64,000 bases of DNA from an uncultured Candidatus Rokubacteria bacterium (GTDB taxonomy: Bacteria > Methylomirabilota > Methylomirabilia > Rokubacteriales > CSP1-6). Each line of letters begins with the position of its first letter. Position 1 is the stretch's first letter. Shown in pieces: positions 21,134 to 35,515 of the stretch. The notes below the pieces were generated by a model. That model searched no databases. It saw only the letters and a list, made by a program, of their open reading frames with translations, and was not told the DNA's origin. The DNA is taken from positions 384,001 through 448,000 of the forward strand of contig CAWBMV010000034.1 in NCBI GenBank assembly GCA_963789955.1. The letters run 5' to 3'. Made by a program: the position numbers and the translations under genes.

Positions 21134-22021
21134 ATGCGTCGCGACTACTACGCGGTTCTGGGAATCGCGGCGACGGCTCCGCCGCGCGAGGTGCGCCGAG
21201 CGTACCAGCGCCTCGCGCGGCAGTATTCCCCCGACGTCAATTTCTGGGACGAGCGGGCCCGCGAGCTCTTCGAGGAGATCGCCGAGGCGTTCAGGGTGCT
21301 CAGGGACCCCACCGCGCGTCAGATGTACGACCAGTATGGGCACGCGGTGGGCGCCGACGCCGCGCTGGCCGAGGGCCGGCGTGGCGACGACGTCCACGCC
21401 GTCGTCGATCTCTCGTTCGCCGAGGTCGTTCGGGGTACGAGCGTCCGGCTCGACGTCCAGCGATTCTCGGCGTGTTCGAGCTGTGGGGCCAGCGGCGCCG
21501 GCCGAGAAGGGCGATGCTCGGCCTGTATGGGGCGCGGCGTTCGCCGCGTCGTTGAGCCGGTTGGCGTCGTGGTTCCCGCCGGAGTCGATTCCGGCGCGCA
21601 GATCCGCGTGGGCGGCGAGGGCAATGCCGGCCCGTTCGGCGGACCGCGGGGCGATCTCCTCGTGAGCACGCGCGTCGGGGAGCACCCGTTCTTTCAACGC
21701 AAGGGCGATAACGTGCATTGTGACGTTCCCATCAGCGTGTGGGAGGCCCTGCTCGGCGCCCGTATCCGCGTCCCGACGCCGTCGGGAGAGGCGGTGCTGG
21801 TCGTGCCACCCGGAACGACCGGAGGGCAGGTGTTTCGCCTGCGCGGCCAAGGGCTGCCTCGATTGACCGGCGAATCGACGGGCGACCTCTATGTGACGGT
21901 CCGCGTCGAGGTTCCGACCGGTCTCGATGCGCGGACGCACGAGCTGGTTCGCGAGCTCGCGCGGCTGATGCCGGTCGAGACACGGACCGCGCTGGAGCGT
22001 TATCGGGGAGGTGCGGAGTGA
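21134..22021 (+). CDS. dnaJ: DnaJ/CbpA-like co-chaperone (atypical SPD motif, reduced zinc finger)
   Basis: 'RDYYAVLG' J-domain, two CxxCxxxG repeats, 'GGPRGDL', 'HPFFQRKG', 'GDLYVTV'. Confidence 0.85.
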   Translation: MRRDYYAVLGIAATAPPREVRRAYQRLARQYSPDVNFWDERARELFEEIAEAFRVLRDPTARQMYDQYGHAVGADAALAEGRRGDDVHAVVDLSFAEVVRGTSVRLDVQRFSACSSCGASGAGREGRCSACMGRGVRRVVEPVGVVVPAGVDSGAQIRVGGEGNAGPFGGPRGDLLVSTRVGEHPFFQRKGDNVHCDVPISVWEALLGARIRVPTPSGEAVLVVPPGTTGGQVFRLRGQGLPRLTGESTGDLYVTVRVEVPTGLDARTHELVRELARLMPVETRTALERYRGGAE

Positions 22022-22416
22022 GCACAGTGACCGATCGCGGTAAACCGCTCTACATGATCGGGGTGGTCGCCGACATGCTCAACGTCCACCCGCAGACGCT
22101 CCGCTTCTACGAGAAGAAAGGGCTCGTGCGTCCCAGCCGGACCGTGGGTCGGACGCGCATGTACTCCACCGAGGACGTCGACGAGCTCGCGCGGTTGCTC
22201 AGGCTCACGCGTGACCTCGGTGTGAATCTCGCCGGCATCGAGGTCATCTTAAAGATGAGACGCCGGATGATCGAGATGCAGAAGCAAATCGAGGATCTAG
22301 TCACCTACCTCCGAGAGGAGGGGGGCGAGACGACGGGTCAGAGCCGGGCGCAAGAGCCGCGAGAGGCTCTCGTCCGGGCAGCCTCCGGCCAGCTCAAGCC
22401 CGTCGATCTGTTCTAG
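22018..22416 (+). CDS. hspR: MerR-family heat-shock repressor HspR-like
   Basis: 'PLYMIGVVADML.VHPQTLRFYE..GL..PSRT.G..R.YS..D', 'LGVNLAGI'; GTGA overlap with dnaJ. Confidence 0.85.
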   Translation: MSTVTDRGKPLYMIGVVADMLNVHPQTLRFYEKKGLVRPSRTVGRTRMYSTEDVDELARLLRLTRDLGVNLAGIEVILKMRRRMIEMQKQIEDLVTYLREEGGETTGQSRAQEPREALVRAASGQLKPVDLF

Positions 22417-22432
22417 GTTCGAAAGGAGAACC

Positions 22433-24831
<2,399 letters not shown>

Positions 24832-24907
24832 TTTCGAGGATTTGCGAGATTTCCGGACGCGGCGTTCTGCCTTGATGGGGGAGCGCCGCGTCAGCTAACA
24901 TAGCCCT

Positions 24908-25585
24908 ATGTCTCGCCTCGGGGTTTTCCTGGGCGTGATGTCTACGGTCCTTCTCCTATCGACCTCGGCCGGAGCCCAGGTGTACCGGCTCTTCGGGGGC
25001 GACGGGACGGTCCATTTCACGAACGCGCCGACCGATCCCCGCTACAAGAACCTCGCCGGCTACTCGTCCGGCACTTCCGCCGGCTTCTTGCGTCTCGCGC
25101 GTCCCGACACGGCGCGGTACGCCGCGGAGATCAAGGCCTCCGCCGAGCGCTACGGCGTTCCCGAGCGGCTCGTCCAGGCCGTCATCCGCGTCGAGTCGGC
25201 GTTCAATCCGCGCGCGGTTTCGATGAAGGGCGCTCAGGGGCTGATGCAGCTCATGCCCGAGACGGCGACGATGTTGGGGGTTCGCAACAGCTTCGACCCG
25301 CAGCAGAACATCGACGGCGGCGTCCGGCATCTTCGCGGGCTGATCGACCGCTTCGGGAACGATCTGCCGCTGGCGCTGGCGGCGTACAACGCGGGCGAGA
25401 AGGCGGTGGTCGCGAATCGAGGGATCCCGCCGTACCCGGAGACCCGAGACTACGTGACGCGGGTAATGTATTACTACGATGGCACCACGAACGGCGCGCC
25501 GAGCCCGCCGACGACCGTATACCGGACCGTCGGCGACGACGGGGCGATCGTCTACACGAACATCCCGCCGCGCGGCCGCCGCTAG
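24908..25585 (+). CDS. Secreted lytic transglycosylase (SLT domain, DUF4124-like flanks)
   Basis: Signal peptide, 'VIRVESAFNP.AVS.KGA.GLMQLMP', 'LAAYNAG', 'ETRDYV'. Confidence 0.92.
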   Translation: MSRLGVFLGVMSTVLLLSTSAGAQVYRLFGGDGTVHFTNAPTDPRYKNLAGYSSGTSAGFLRLARPDTARYAAEIKASAERYGVPERLVQAVIRVESAFNPRAVSMKGAQGLMQLMPETATMLGVRNSFDPQQNIDGGVRHLRGLIDRFGNDLPLALAAYNAGEKAVVANRGIPPYPETRDYVTRVMYYYDGTTNGAPSPPTTVYRTVGDDGAIVYTNIPPRGRR

Positions 25586-25590
25586 TCCGT

Positions 25591-26320
25591 TTACTTCGGT
25601 AGTCGCGAGTTCTTTTCGAGCCAGCTGCTGACCACGGATCCAATCCTCGGAAGTACACGGCGATTCAGAACCAATCCCCAATGCGTGTCGCCGTCAGCCT
25701 CGAAGCGATCGGCCGAGAACGGAAGATCGTCGTACCGCTGCCTGGGCCACTGCGTGTCGGCCGTGCCGGTGACGACCAGCATCGGGCACGCGTCGGCGGC
25801 GATGACGATGCCGGCCTTGCGCTCATCACGTGCCATGCGGGATTCCAGGCCTGGCAATCCGAGAGCCACCGCACGCTCGTCGCGATCGAGGTCTGCCATC
25901 GAAGGCTGATGGTCGGGATCTCGGCCGGCGATCCCGTACTCTTCCGGGCCGAAGACGCCGGTCCTCAGCGCGACGCCTACGCAAGCCCGTGCGTTGCAGA
26001 GCATCGCCGCCATCATCGCCACGAGCCCGCCCATGCTCCAACCGACGAGCACGGGAGCCTGCCGTAGGGTGCGGGCGAACTGCGATCACGTCCTCGGCGT
26101 AGTCGGCCATCCGCGTGATGCCGAGATCGGCGGCCGCGCTCGCGCCGTGACCGCGGAGGTCGATGGCGTGCGAAGACCACCCGTGGCGGGCGAACTCGTC
26201 CTGCCAGAAGGTCCAGACGCGCCCCGAGTTCGCGGCGCCGTGCACCAGGATCACCGGAGGCCGATCGCCGCCACCGCCGACCAGCAAAGTGTGCGCCCGT
26301 AACGTCGGCATCGCGGACAT
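25591..26320 (-). CDS. Alpha/beta hydrolase (frameshift ~26070)
   Basis: 'LVHGAAN', 'DLRGHG', nucleophile 'GWSMGG', 'D..HWGL'. Confidence 0.75.
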
Positions 26321-26396
26321 TCTAAGACTGGTGGCCGATCGTCAGGCATGCTGGAATCCAAAGGCCCGATCGAGACAATCAAGAGCGGAGACAGCG

Positions 26397-27101
26397 GTGA
26401 CGATCGGCAACTGTGCGGGGGCGATGACGGTCGCAATCCTGGCTTTACTGAGCCAGGCCAGCGACGGTCGGCGCGAGACGTCTCGCCCTGCGGGTAGCGC
26501 CACGGTTTCGGAGAACACCCGCCCCGAACCGATCCCGGCGAAAGAGGTCGGTCCGCGCCCGAAACCTTCTCAGCTGACCGCTCCACCGACTCCAAGGCCG
26601 CCCATGACGGCTGCGAAGCCGCCTGCTGTAGCCGCCGGGCCGCCGGCGTCTCGGCAGAACGAAGCACCCCTGGCGGAGCCCGTTCCGCAGCAGAGCCCAC
26701 CCCTGGAGAAGAGCCAGGCTCCGTCGGAGAGCCCGCCGCCGCCGTCAACGGAGACCGCGTCGCCACCGGAAACTGCGGCACCAGAGCCCGCGAAACAGAC
26801 GGCCGCGACCCTCGACCTGACCACTCTCGAGCAGCGCCTGCGCGACACCGAGGCGATTGGAATCTTCACCAAGCTATCGCTCAAGAACCAGGTCGACGAC
26901 CTTCTGGCCGAATTCCGTGAGTTTCATCAAAAGCGTGATCAGACCATGCTGGCGAGACTGCGGCAGGCGTTCGATCTGCTCGTCCTGAAGGTGTTGTCGC
27001 TTCTGCAGGACGAAGATCCAACGCTCGCCCGCGACGTTTCGTCGTCACGCGAGGCGCTCTGGAACATCTTGATCGATCCCAACAAGTTCCAGAATCTCTG
27101 A
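26397..27101 (+). CDS. Hypothetical Pro/Ala-rich protein with helical C-terminal domain (start uncertain)
   Basis: Low-complexity linker then 'LDLTTLEQRLRDTEAIGIFTKLSLKNQVDDLL'. Confidence 0.55.
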   Translation: MTIGNCAGAMTVAILALLSQASDGRRETSRPAGSATVSENTRPEPIPAKEVGPRPKPSQLTAPPTPRPPMTAAKPPAVAAGPPASRQNEAPLAEPVPQQSPPLEKSQAPSESPPPPSTETASPPETAAPEPAKQTAATLDLTTLEQRLRDTEAIGIFTKLSLKNQVDDLLAEFREFHQKRDQTMLARLRQAFDLLVLKVLSLLQDEDPTLARDVSSSREALWNILIDPNKFQNL

Positions 27102-27120
27102 ACGCTCTGAAGGAGGCGCG

Positions 27121-27375
27121 ATGAGCAGGCGAATCAAGGTCGCGGTGCTGGTCGTGTCGATGGCGACTCTTGTCGCCGGCCGCTCGCCGGCCGCCGACGA
27201 TCCGGCGGTGTTGAAGGATTTGACGGCGGTCATCGCGCTGCAGGGGCAGCCGTGTGGGCAGGTCGTCACGGCCACGAAGCAAGGCGACAACGACTACATC
27301 GCGGCGTGCAAGGACGGGAGCCGCTATCGAGTGTTCGTGAACGCGGAGGGTCGGGTGGTCGTGCAGAAGCAGTGA
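27121..27375 (+). CDS. Small secreted protein with two Cys
   Basis: AGGAGG RBS, signal peptide, 'GQPCGQV...YIAACKDGSRYRV'. Confidence 0.7.
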   Translation: MSRRIKVAVLVVSMATLVAGRSPAADDPAVLKDLTAVIALQGQPCGQVVTATKQGDNDYIAACKDGSRYRVFVNAEGRVVVQKQ

Positions 27376-27383
27376 GCGGTCGC

Positions 27384-28905
27384 TCACGCCCGCCACTGGC
27401 GGTCGAGCCCGCGATACTGGATCGCCTCCGCGCAGTGCTCGGCGGTCAGCGCGTCCGCGCCGGCCAGATCGGCGATCGAGCGCGCCACCTTCAGGACGCG
27501 ATCGTGGCCGCGAGCCGAGAGCCCCAGGCGCGTCATGGCCGCGGCGAGCAGGCGCTCGGCATCGCCGGACACGGCGCAGAAGCGTCGCACCTGGCGCGGA
27601 CTCATCGCGGCGTTGACGCGGATGCCGCCGGCGCGGAAGCGATCGCGTTGCCGCCGGCGGGCGACGTCCACGCGCGCGCGAATCGTCTCGCTCGCGTCCC
27701 CTGAATCGCCGGCGTGCACGTCCCCCGGCGCCAGCGCCGGCAGCTCGACCTGTAGATCGATGCGGTCGAGGAGCGGGCGGGATATGCGGCCGAGGTATCG
27801 ATTGCGCTCGGCGGGCGTGCAGACGCACGCGTCGAGCGAATGGCAGCCTCGACGGCACGGGTTGGCGGCGGCGACCAGCTGGAAGCGGGCGGGGAAATCG
27901 CTGACGCCGCTGGCGCGAGCGATCGTGACGCGGCCGTCCTCGAGCGGCTGGCGCAGCGACTCGAGGACGTGCTGCTGAAATTCCGGGAGCTCGTCGAGGA
28001 AGAGGACGCCGAGATGAGCGAGCGTCACCTCACCGGGATGCGGTGGGCCGCCCCCGCCGATGAGACCCGACACCGAGATCGTGTGATGAGGGGCGCGGAA
28101 CGGCCGTCGGCTCATCAGCTCGCCGTGCCTCGGCAGCAGCCCGGCGACCGACCAGATGGTCGAGGCCTCGATCATTTCGTCGCGGGTGAGCGGCGGAAGG
28201 ATCGCCGCCAGCCGTCGCGCCAGCATGGTCTTGCCGCCTCCCGGCGGGCCCACGAGCAGCACGTTGTGCGCCCCGGCCGCCGCGATCTCGAGCGCGCGCT
28301 TGGCATGGGCTTGGCCCCTCACGTCTGAGAAGTCGAGATCGTCAGCGGCGGCGGCGGGAGGCCTGGGCACAGATGGCGCGACCAACACTGGATCCCCTCC
28401 GTTCAGAAGGCTGACGGCGTCACGCAAGGTCGGCGCGGCAAGCACCCGGAGGCCGTCGACCGCCTGCGCCTCGCCGTGGTTCGCCAGGGGAACGACGAGG
28501 GTCTCGATGCCCTGGCGCCGGCACGCAAGGCCCACGGCGAGCGCCCCGCGGACACCCTGGATCTGGCCGTCGAGCGCCAGCTCGCCCACGACCGCGAACA
28601 GGCCGATCTGTCCGTTCCTTACGGCGCCCGTAGCCGCCAGGATGCCGAGCGCGATGGGCAGATCGAACGAGGTTCCCTCCTTTCGGACGTCGGCCGGTGC
28701 CAGGTTCACCGTGATCCGATCAGACGGAAAGGCGAAGCCGGCGTTGCGGATGGCCGTTCGGACACGCTCGCGACTCTCGCGAACGGCCGAGTCCGGAAGT
28801 CCAACCGTCGTGAAGGCAGGTAAGCCCTGGAGCCACGTCGACTTCCACGCGGACCAGCGCGGCCTCGACACCTACGAGCGCTGCGGAAAGGACCCGCGCG
28901 ATCAC
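27384..28905 (-). CDS. comM: ComM/YifB Mg-chelatase-like AAA+ ATPase (frameshift ~28830)
   Basis: 'VGLPD.AVRESRER', 'ITVNLAPAD..KEG..FDLPIA', 'GPPGGGKTMLA', 'PFRAPHH', 'LFLDELPEF'. Confidence 0.93.
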
Positions 28906-29032
28906 GAGACGATTGTTCGACCGACTCGGGTGACTCGTCAATGTCACGGATCGGGAACACTCGAATTCTATTCGGATATTGCTCGGCTCAGGTCACCGCG
29001 AGGCTGAGCACGATTGGTGCTAGAGTCCGGGA

Positions 29033-30407
<1,375 letters not shown>

Positions 30408-30408
30408 A

Positions 30409-30459
30409 CGCCCAGCTACTGGGCGCCCAGTAGCTGGGCGCGCCGCACAATCACTGGGC
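30409..30459. promoter_or_regulatory. Three 15-bp palindromic enhancer-like sites (GC(C/A)CA-N5-TGGGC); the first two form a perfect 32-bp palindrome
   Basis: GCCCAGCTACTGGGC (30410-30424), GCCCAGTAGCTGGGC (30425-30439), GCACAATCACTGGGC (30445-30459); 90-140 bp upstream of a -24/-12 element. Confidence 0.65.
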
Positions 30460-30548
30460 GCAGCGCTAACGAAGACGGTGACAACTCACATGAGATTCGC
30501 TATCGAGAAACAGGAACTTGGACGCGAATCGTCCTCGTCGATCGCGGC

Positions 30549-30564
30549 TGGCGGTGGAATTGCT
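30549..30564 (+). promoter_or_regulatory. Sigma54 -24/-12 promoter
   Basis: TGGCGGTGGAATTGCT = GG-N10-GC with TTGC. Confidence 0.8.
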
Positions 30565-30632
30565 TTCCGGAATCGCGGTTTCTTCTTCGGGCCCTCATGG
30601 GGAGAGCCCGTCAACCGTCGAGGAGGAAAGCA

Positions 30633-30776
30633 ATGGCGAAAGTGTGGACCGGAATCGTCGTGGTGGCCGCGGTGGTGACGTCGTTCCTGCTCGTGGCCCC
30701 GGTGATCGAGTCGGGAACGTCGGGCTCCACGCAGTTCTTCCAGGCGGTTGGTACCGCTGACGGTGGCGCGGACTAA
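30633..30776 (+). CDS. 47-aa secreted peptide precursor (not in ORF track)
   Basis: GAGGAGG RBS; MAKVWTGIVVVAAVVTSFLLVAPVIESGTSGSTQFFQAVGTADGGAD*; basic N-terminus, hydrophobic core, polar/acidic tail. Confidence 0.8.
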   Translation: MAKVWTGIVVVAAVVTSFLLVAPVIESGTSGSTQFFQAVGTADGGAD

Positions 30777-30819
30777 CTACTTCAGCATTCCAGACTGGAT
30801 GAGAACGAAGGGGGGCGGT

Positions 30820-32467
30820 ATGCCCCCCTTCAAACTCGTCCTCCTGCTCGGCGTCGTCATCGCCGGCGCTGCAATGACCTTGTTGCTTCTCATCGGCCCT
30901 GCGAGCGTTCGCTCGGGAGCCCAGATCTCGGCCCAGGAGCCGCCGGTGCCCGCAGCCGCCGGGACATATCGGCGGCCGCTGGGCAACGACCCCGAGACGC
31001 TCGACCCGGCGCGCATCAGTGATACGTACGGTCGGTCCGTGTCTCAGCAGATCTTCGATGGTCTCGTACAGTACGACCAGTCCCTGACCATCAAGCCCGC
31101 GCTGGCGCAGTTCTGGCGGGCCACGCGCGACGGTCTCACCTGGACGTTCGAGCTGCGGAAGGGCGTCAAATTTCACAATGGGCGCGAGGTCACGTCCGAC
31201 GACGTGGTCTATTCGTTCACGCGCATCCTGGATCCCCGGACGCGGTCCAACGCGAACGAGTCGTTCCAGCACATCAAGGGCGCGCGTGAGTTCCGCGACG
31301 GTCGCGCCAAGAGCGTGTCCGGCCTCGTCGCGCTCGATCGCTACACGGTGCAGGTCGCCCTCACACAGGCGAACCAATCCTTCGCGTCGGTTGTGGCGAT
31401 CGGCCACGCCAAGATCCTGCCGCGGGACGTGGTCCAAGCGCAGGGAGACGCATTCGGCGCCCAGCCGATCGGGACCGGCCCCTTCCGATTCCTCCGGTGG
31501 GATCGCGGCAAGGAAATCGTGCTCGAGGCCAACGCCGACTACTTCGACGGCGCGCCGCGGCTGAGTCAGCTCGTCTACCGGATCTTCCCGGGCGAGCAGC
31601 ACGACGCGATGTACGAGGAGCTGCTGAAGGGCAATCTCGAGGACGCGCCGGTGCCGCCGCGCGCCGACCGGCGCGCCCTGGCGGCGGATCCAAGCCGGAT
31701 TTACGTGAAGCGTTCGATGATCAGCTGTGCGTTTCTACGGGTTCAACACGCGTACCAAGCCCTTCGACGATCGGCGCGTGCGCCAGGCCATCGTGCTCGC
31801 CATCGACCGCGAAGCGATCATCGACGGCGTGTATTTCGGTCAAAACACGTTCGCGCGCGGAATCCTCCCGCGCGGGATGATCGGCTACAACCCGAAGCTC
31901 GAGGGATATTCGTACGATCCGCAGAAGGCGCGCGAGCTCTTGACCGCCGCCGGGTATCCGGGCGGGCGCGGCATGCCGCCCGTGGCCATCTGGTCCGCGG
32001 CCCGGCGCGGCGATATCGTGCGCGAGCACGATCAGATCAAGAAAGCGCTGGCCGCGGTCGGGATCACCGCGGAGATTCGTTATCAGACGGACTGGCGTGC
32101 CTACGTCAAGCTCCTCGAGGAAGGCAAGCTGCCGGTCTTCCTCTACGCCTGGTATGCGGACGTCCCGGACCCCGATGACTTCCTCGCGAAGCTCTTCCAC
32201 TCGCGAGGCCCACGGAACTTCTTCCGATACTCCAATCCGGTCGTCGACGATCTGCTGGCGACCGCTCGGAACACGATCGACGCCAACCAGCGGATCGATC
32301 TGTATCGCAAGGCCGAGCAAGCGATCCTCGGCGACGCGCCGCTCATTCCGTTCTTCCACCACACGTACGAACGGCTGTTCCAGCCGTACGTGCGCAGCGT
32401 CGAGGTGAACGGACTCGGCGACCCGTACATTCCGCTGCGGAAGATCTGGCTGGAGCGCGAACGTTGA
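30820..32467 (+). CDS. Family-5 (OppA/DppA-like) extracellular solute-binding protein, orphan (frameshift ~31727)
   Basis: 'DPETLDP', 'IFDGLV', 'WTFELRKGVKFHNG...SDDVVYS', 'PIGTGPF', 'PFDDRRVRQAI..AIDR', 'YDPQKARELL..AGY'. Confidence 0.9.
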
Positions 32468-34357
32468 GGCCACGCTCGCTCCGCGCGCAGCTGCTCCTCG
32501 GCACGTTCCTGGTCAGCGCGCTCGTGATGACCGCGGTCATCGTGGTGGTCGACCACCGCCAGCGCGTGGCGATCGTCGAGGAGGTCCAACGCCGCGGCGA
32601 CGCCCTCGCCCGGAACCTGGCCGCCATCTCCTACCCGTCGCTGGTTCTCTACGACTACACGGCGCTGGAGCAGAACGTCGACCAGGTGGCGACCGAAGCC
32701 GACGTCGTGTACGCGATCGTGTTCGACGCCGACGGCATTGTGGCGGCGCACAGCCAGCATCCCGAGCGCGTCGGACAGCGCTCTCCAGGGCGTCGTGCCC
32801 GAGCGGGCGGCTGATGCCGATGAGCCGCTGACCCAAGAGACGGTCAGCGGCGGCGTGGCCGTGTACGATTTCGCGATTCCGGTCTTCGTCGAGAGCCGCA
32901 GGTGGGCCACCATCCGGCTCGGCCTGTCCAAACGGCGGATGGATGCCGAGATCCGTCGGACCCGACTGGAGCTCGGGGCGCTGACCCTGGTGACCTTGCT
33001 GCTCGGCGGCATGGCGGCGGCGCTGGTGGCGCGACGGATCGCGCGGCCGGTCCAGCGGCTCGCCGAGGGGGCCGCCGCCATCTCTCGCGGCGAGCTGAAT
33101 CAGCGGTTCGAGCCCTCGACTGCGGACGAGATCGGGCGTCTGGCTACCGCCTTCAACGACATGGCCGCGCAGCTTCTCCACCAGCGGACGGCGCTCGAGG
33201 AAGCTCACGGAGGGCTCCGGCGGCAGTTCGAGGAGCTGGCCGACCTCAAGAGCTACACCGACAACATCCTCGGGTCGCTCACGAGCGGCATCGTGACGAT
33301 CGACCTCGACGGCCGGGTGGTCACGCTCAACCCGGCGGCCGAGCTGCTCACGGGGTTCTTCCGCGGCGAGGCCTCCGGGCGGTACTGCACGGAGCTGTTC
33401 GCCCACACGCCCGACATCAGCGACCTCCTGACCGAGACCCTCGCGAGCCACGCGCCGATCACCAGCGTGCCGCTCACGCTCCGGCGCCGGAACGGCTCCG
33501 CGCTGCCGATCGAGTTCAGCACGGCGCCGCTCAAGGGCGGCGAGGGCAAGGACCTCGGTGCCATCGGCGTGTTCCGCGACGTGACGCTCGTGCGCCAGCT
33601 CGAGAGTGATCTGCGGCGGTCGGATCGGCTGGCGGCGCTGGGCACGCTCGCGGCCGGGCTCGCCCACGAGATCAAGAATCCATTGACCTCGCTCCTCACC
33701 TTCAGCCGGCATCTGGACCGGAAGGTCGACGACCCGAATTTTCGCGAGCGCTTCAGAAACGTCGTCCCGCGCGAGCTGGAGCGGATCAACGGGATCGTCG
33801 AGCGGCTCCTCGAGCTGGCGCGGCCGTCGCGGATGAGCTTTACCCTCACGAGGCTCCCGGAGCTTCTCGAGCGCGCGCTCGAGCTCCACGTCGAGCAGCT
33901 CGACGAGCAGCACGTCGAGGTCGCGCGCGAGTACGCGCGGGACGTGCCGTCGATCCAGGCGGACAAGGACGCGCTCTACCGTGTCTTCGTCAACCTGATC
34001 GCCAACGCGCTCGACGCGATGCCGCGCGGCGGCCGGCTGACGGTACGGGCCGGCTGGGCCGGCACGCGCGATCCGGTGCGCGCCGCCCGTCGGCAGGCCG
34101 CGAACCGGGTGAAGATCGAGATCGAGGACACCGGCGTCGGGATCCAGCCGTCGGATACCGACCGCGTCTTCAATCCCTTCTACACCACGCGCGACAGCGG
34201 AACGGGCCTCGGCCTTGCCCTCGCGCACAAGATCATCGAGGACCACGGTGGGGTGATCAGCTTCGAGAGCGTTCCCGGCCGCGGGACGACGTTCAAGATC
34301 GTCTTGTCGTTGATCCCGGATCCGCCGAGCCTGCTCGGCGACGAGGCGTCGCGATGA
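32464..34357 (+). CDS. Membrane sensor histidine kinase (TM-periplasmic-TM-HAMP-PAS-HisKA-HATPase; frameshift ~32780)
   Basis: TTGA overlap with the SBP stop; 'DEIGRLA.AFN.M', PAS, 'AHEIKNPL', 'PFYTT...GTGLGL'. Confidence 0.9.
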
Positions 34358-35502
34358 GCGAGGGCGGCGCGGTGTCCGCCCGCGATCCGTCCGCCCGGCT
34401 CGAGGAAGCGCTCGCCGACAACGCGAACCTGCGCCGGCACGCGAGCAGCGTCGCCCACGACTTCAACAACCTGCTCGCGGTCATCACCGGCTACACCGAG
34501 ATGATGCTCAAGCGTCTGCGCGCCGACGATCCCTTGCGGCGAAACGCGGAGGCGATCAAGCGGGCGACCGAGTGGGGGTCGGCGCTGGCGCAGCAGATCC
34601 TCTCGGGGAGTCGCCGCGCGGCCCCCGCGCCGGTGCCGGTCGATCTCAACCAGCTGGTGGGCAACGTGACCCGCGTGCTCCAGCCGCTGCTCGGCGAGGC
34701 CATCGAGCTGGTGACGCGGCTCAGCCCGAGCCTGGCGCGGGTGAGCGCGAACCCGCACCGGATCGGCCAGGTGATCATGAATCTCGTGGTGAACGCGCGC
34801 GACGCCATGCCGAGCGGCGGCCGCCTCACCATCGAGACCAGCAACGTCGGCCAGACCGTGATGCTGGCGGTGGGTGACACCGGATCCGGAATGGACGACG
34901 AGACGCGCGCGCGTCTGTTCGAGCCGTATTTCACGACCAAGGAGCCCGGACGGGGTAGCGGGCTCGGGCTCGCGACCGTCTACGACGTCGTCACGCAGTG
35001 CGGCGGCCAGATCAGCGTGACGAGCGATGCGGGCGCCGGGTCGACGTTCAAGATCTATCTGCCGCGGGTCTCCGAGACGACAGCTCCCGCCGAGACACCG
35101 GCCGCGCCGGCCATGCCGGCCGCGCCGGTGCCCGAAGTCCGGACCGTGCTCGTGGTCGAGAACGAGCGCGAGGTGCGCGACCTGATCCGCGAGATTCTCC
35201 AGCTCCAGAACTACGTGGTGCTCGAAGCGGGCGATCGCGACGAGGCACTCGCGTTCAGTGAGCAGCACGCCGGCCGGATCGACCTGATGGTGGTCGACGT
35301 CGGGATTCCGCCGTCGTTCGCCGACGAATGGGTTGTACGCGTCAGGGCCTCTCGTCCGGAGATCAAGGTTCTCTACGTCTCGGGCTATCTGAGCGAAACC
35401 GCGTCGGTCGACGCGCCCAAGCTCGGTCCGCTGCTCCAGAAGCCGTTCACGGTGGGAGCGTTCACGAAAGCGATAGGCTTGGTGCTAGGCCGCCCGAAGT
35501 AG
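34354..35502 (+). CDS. Cytoplasmic hybrid histidine kinase (HisKA-HATPase-REC) without a sensor domain
   Basis: 'AHDFNNLL', 'NLVVNARDAM', 'FEPYFTTK..G.GSGLGL', C-terminal REC; ATGA overlap. Confidence 0.88.
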   Translation: MSEGGAVSARDPSARLEEALADNANLRRHASSVAHDFNNLLAVITGYTEMMLKRLRADDPLRRNAEAIKRATEWGSALAQQILSGSRRAAPAPVPVDLNQLVGNVTRVLQPLLGEAIELVTRLSPSLARVSANPHRIGQVIMNLVVNARDAMPSGGRLTIETSNVGQTVMLAVGDTGSGMDDETRARLFEPYFTTKEPGRGSGLGLATVYDVVTQCGGQISVTSDAGAGSTFKIYLPRVSETTAPAETPAAPAMPAAPVPEVRTVLVVENEREVRDLIREILQLQNYVVLEAGDRDEALAFSEQHAGRIDLMVVDVGIPPSFADEWVVRVRASRPEIKVLYVSGYLSETASVDAPKLGPLLQKPFTVGAFTKAIGLVLGRPK

Positions 35503-35515
35503 TAAGAAGTACTGG

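Noticed and set aside
20042..21940. 632-aa ORF antisense to dnaK/dnaJ, and similar long shadow ORFs (13240-14889, 43030-44871, 49057-50934)
   Set aside because: Typical antisense shadows of high-GC coding sequence; no recognisable motifs, and they fully overlap well-supported genes.
26520..26810. Tandem repeat region
   Set aside because: Low-complexity Pro/Ala/Ser/Glu linker within a CDS; no discrete nucleotide repeat unit.
30409..30459. Mini CRISPR array
   Set aside because: Units are 15 bp with no spacers of CRISPR length and no cas genes; better explained as operator sites or a hairpin.
30633..30776. RiPP precursor or Flp-type pilin
   Set aside because: No adjacent modifying enzyme or peptidase-transporter and no class III G|FxxxE motif; the neighbours are sensing proteins.
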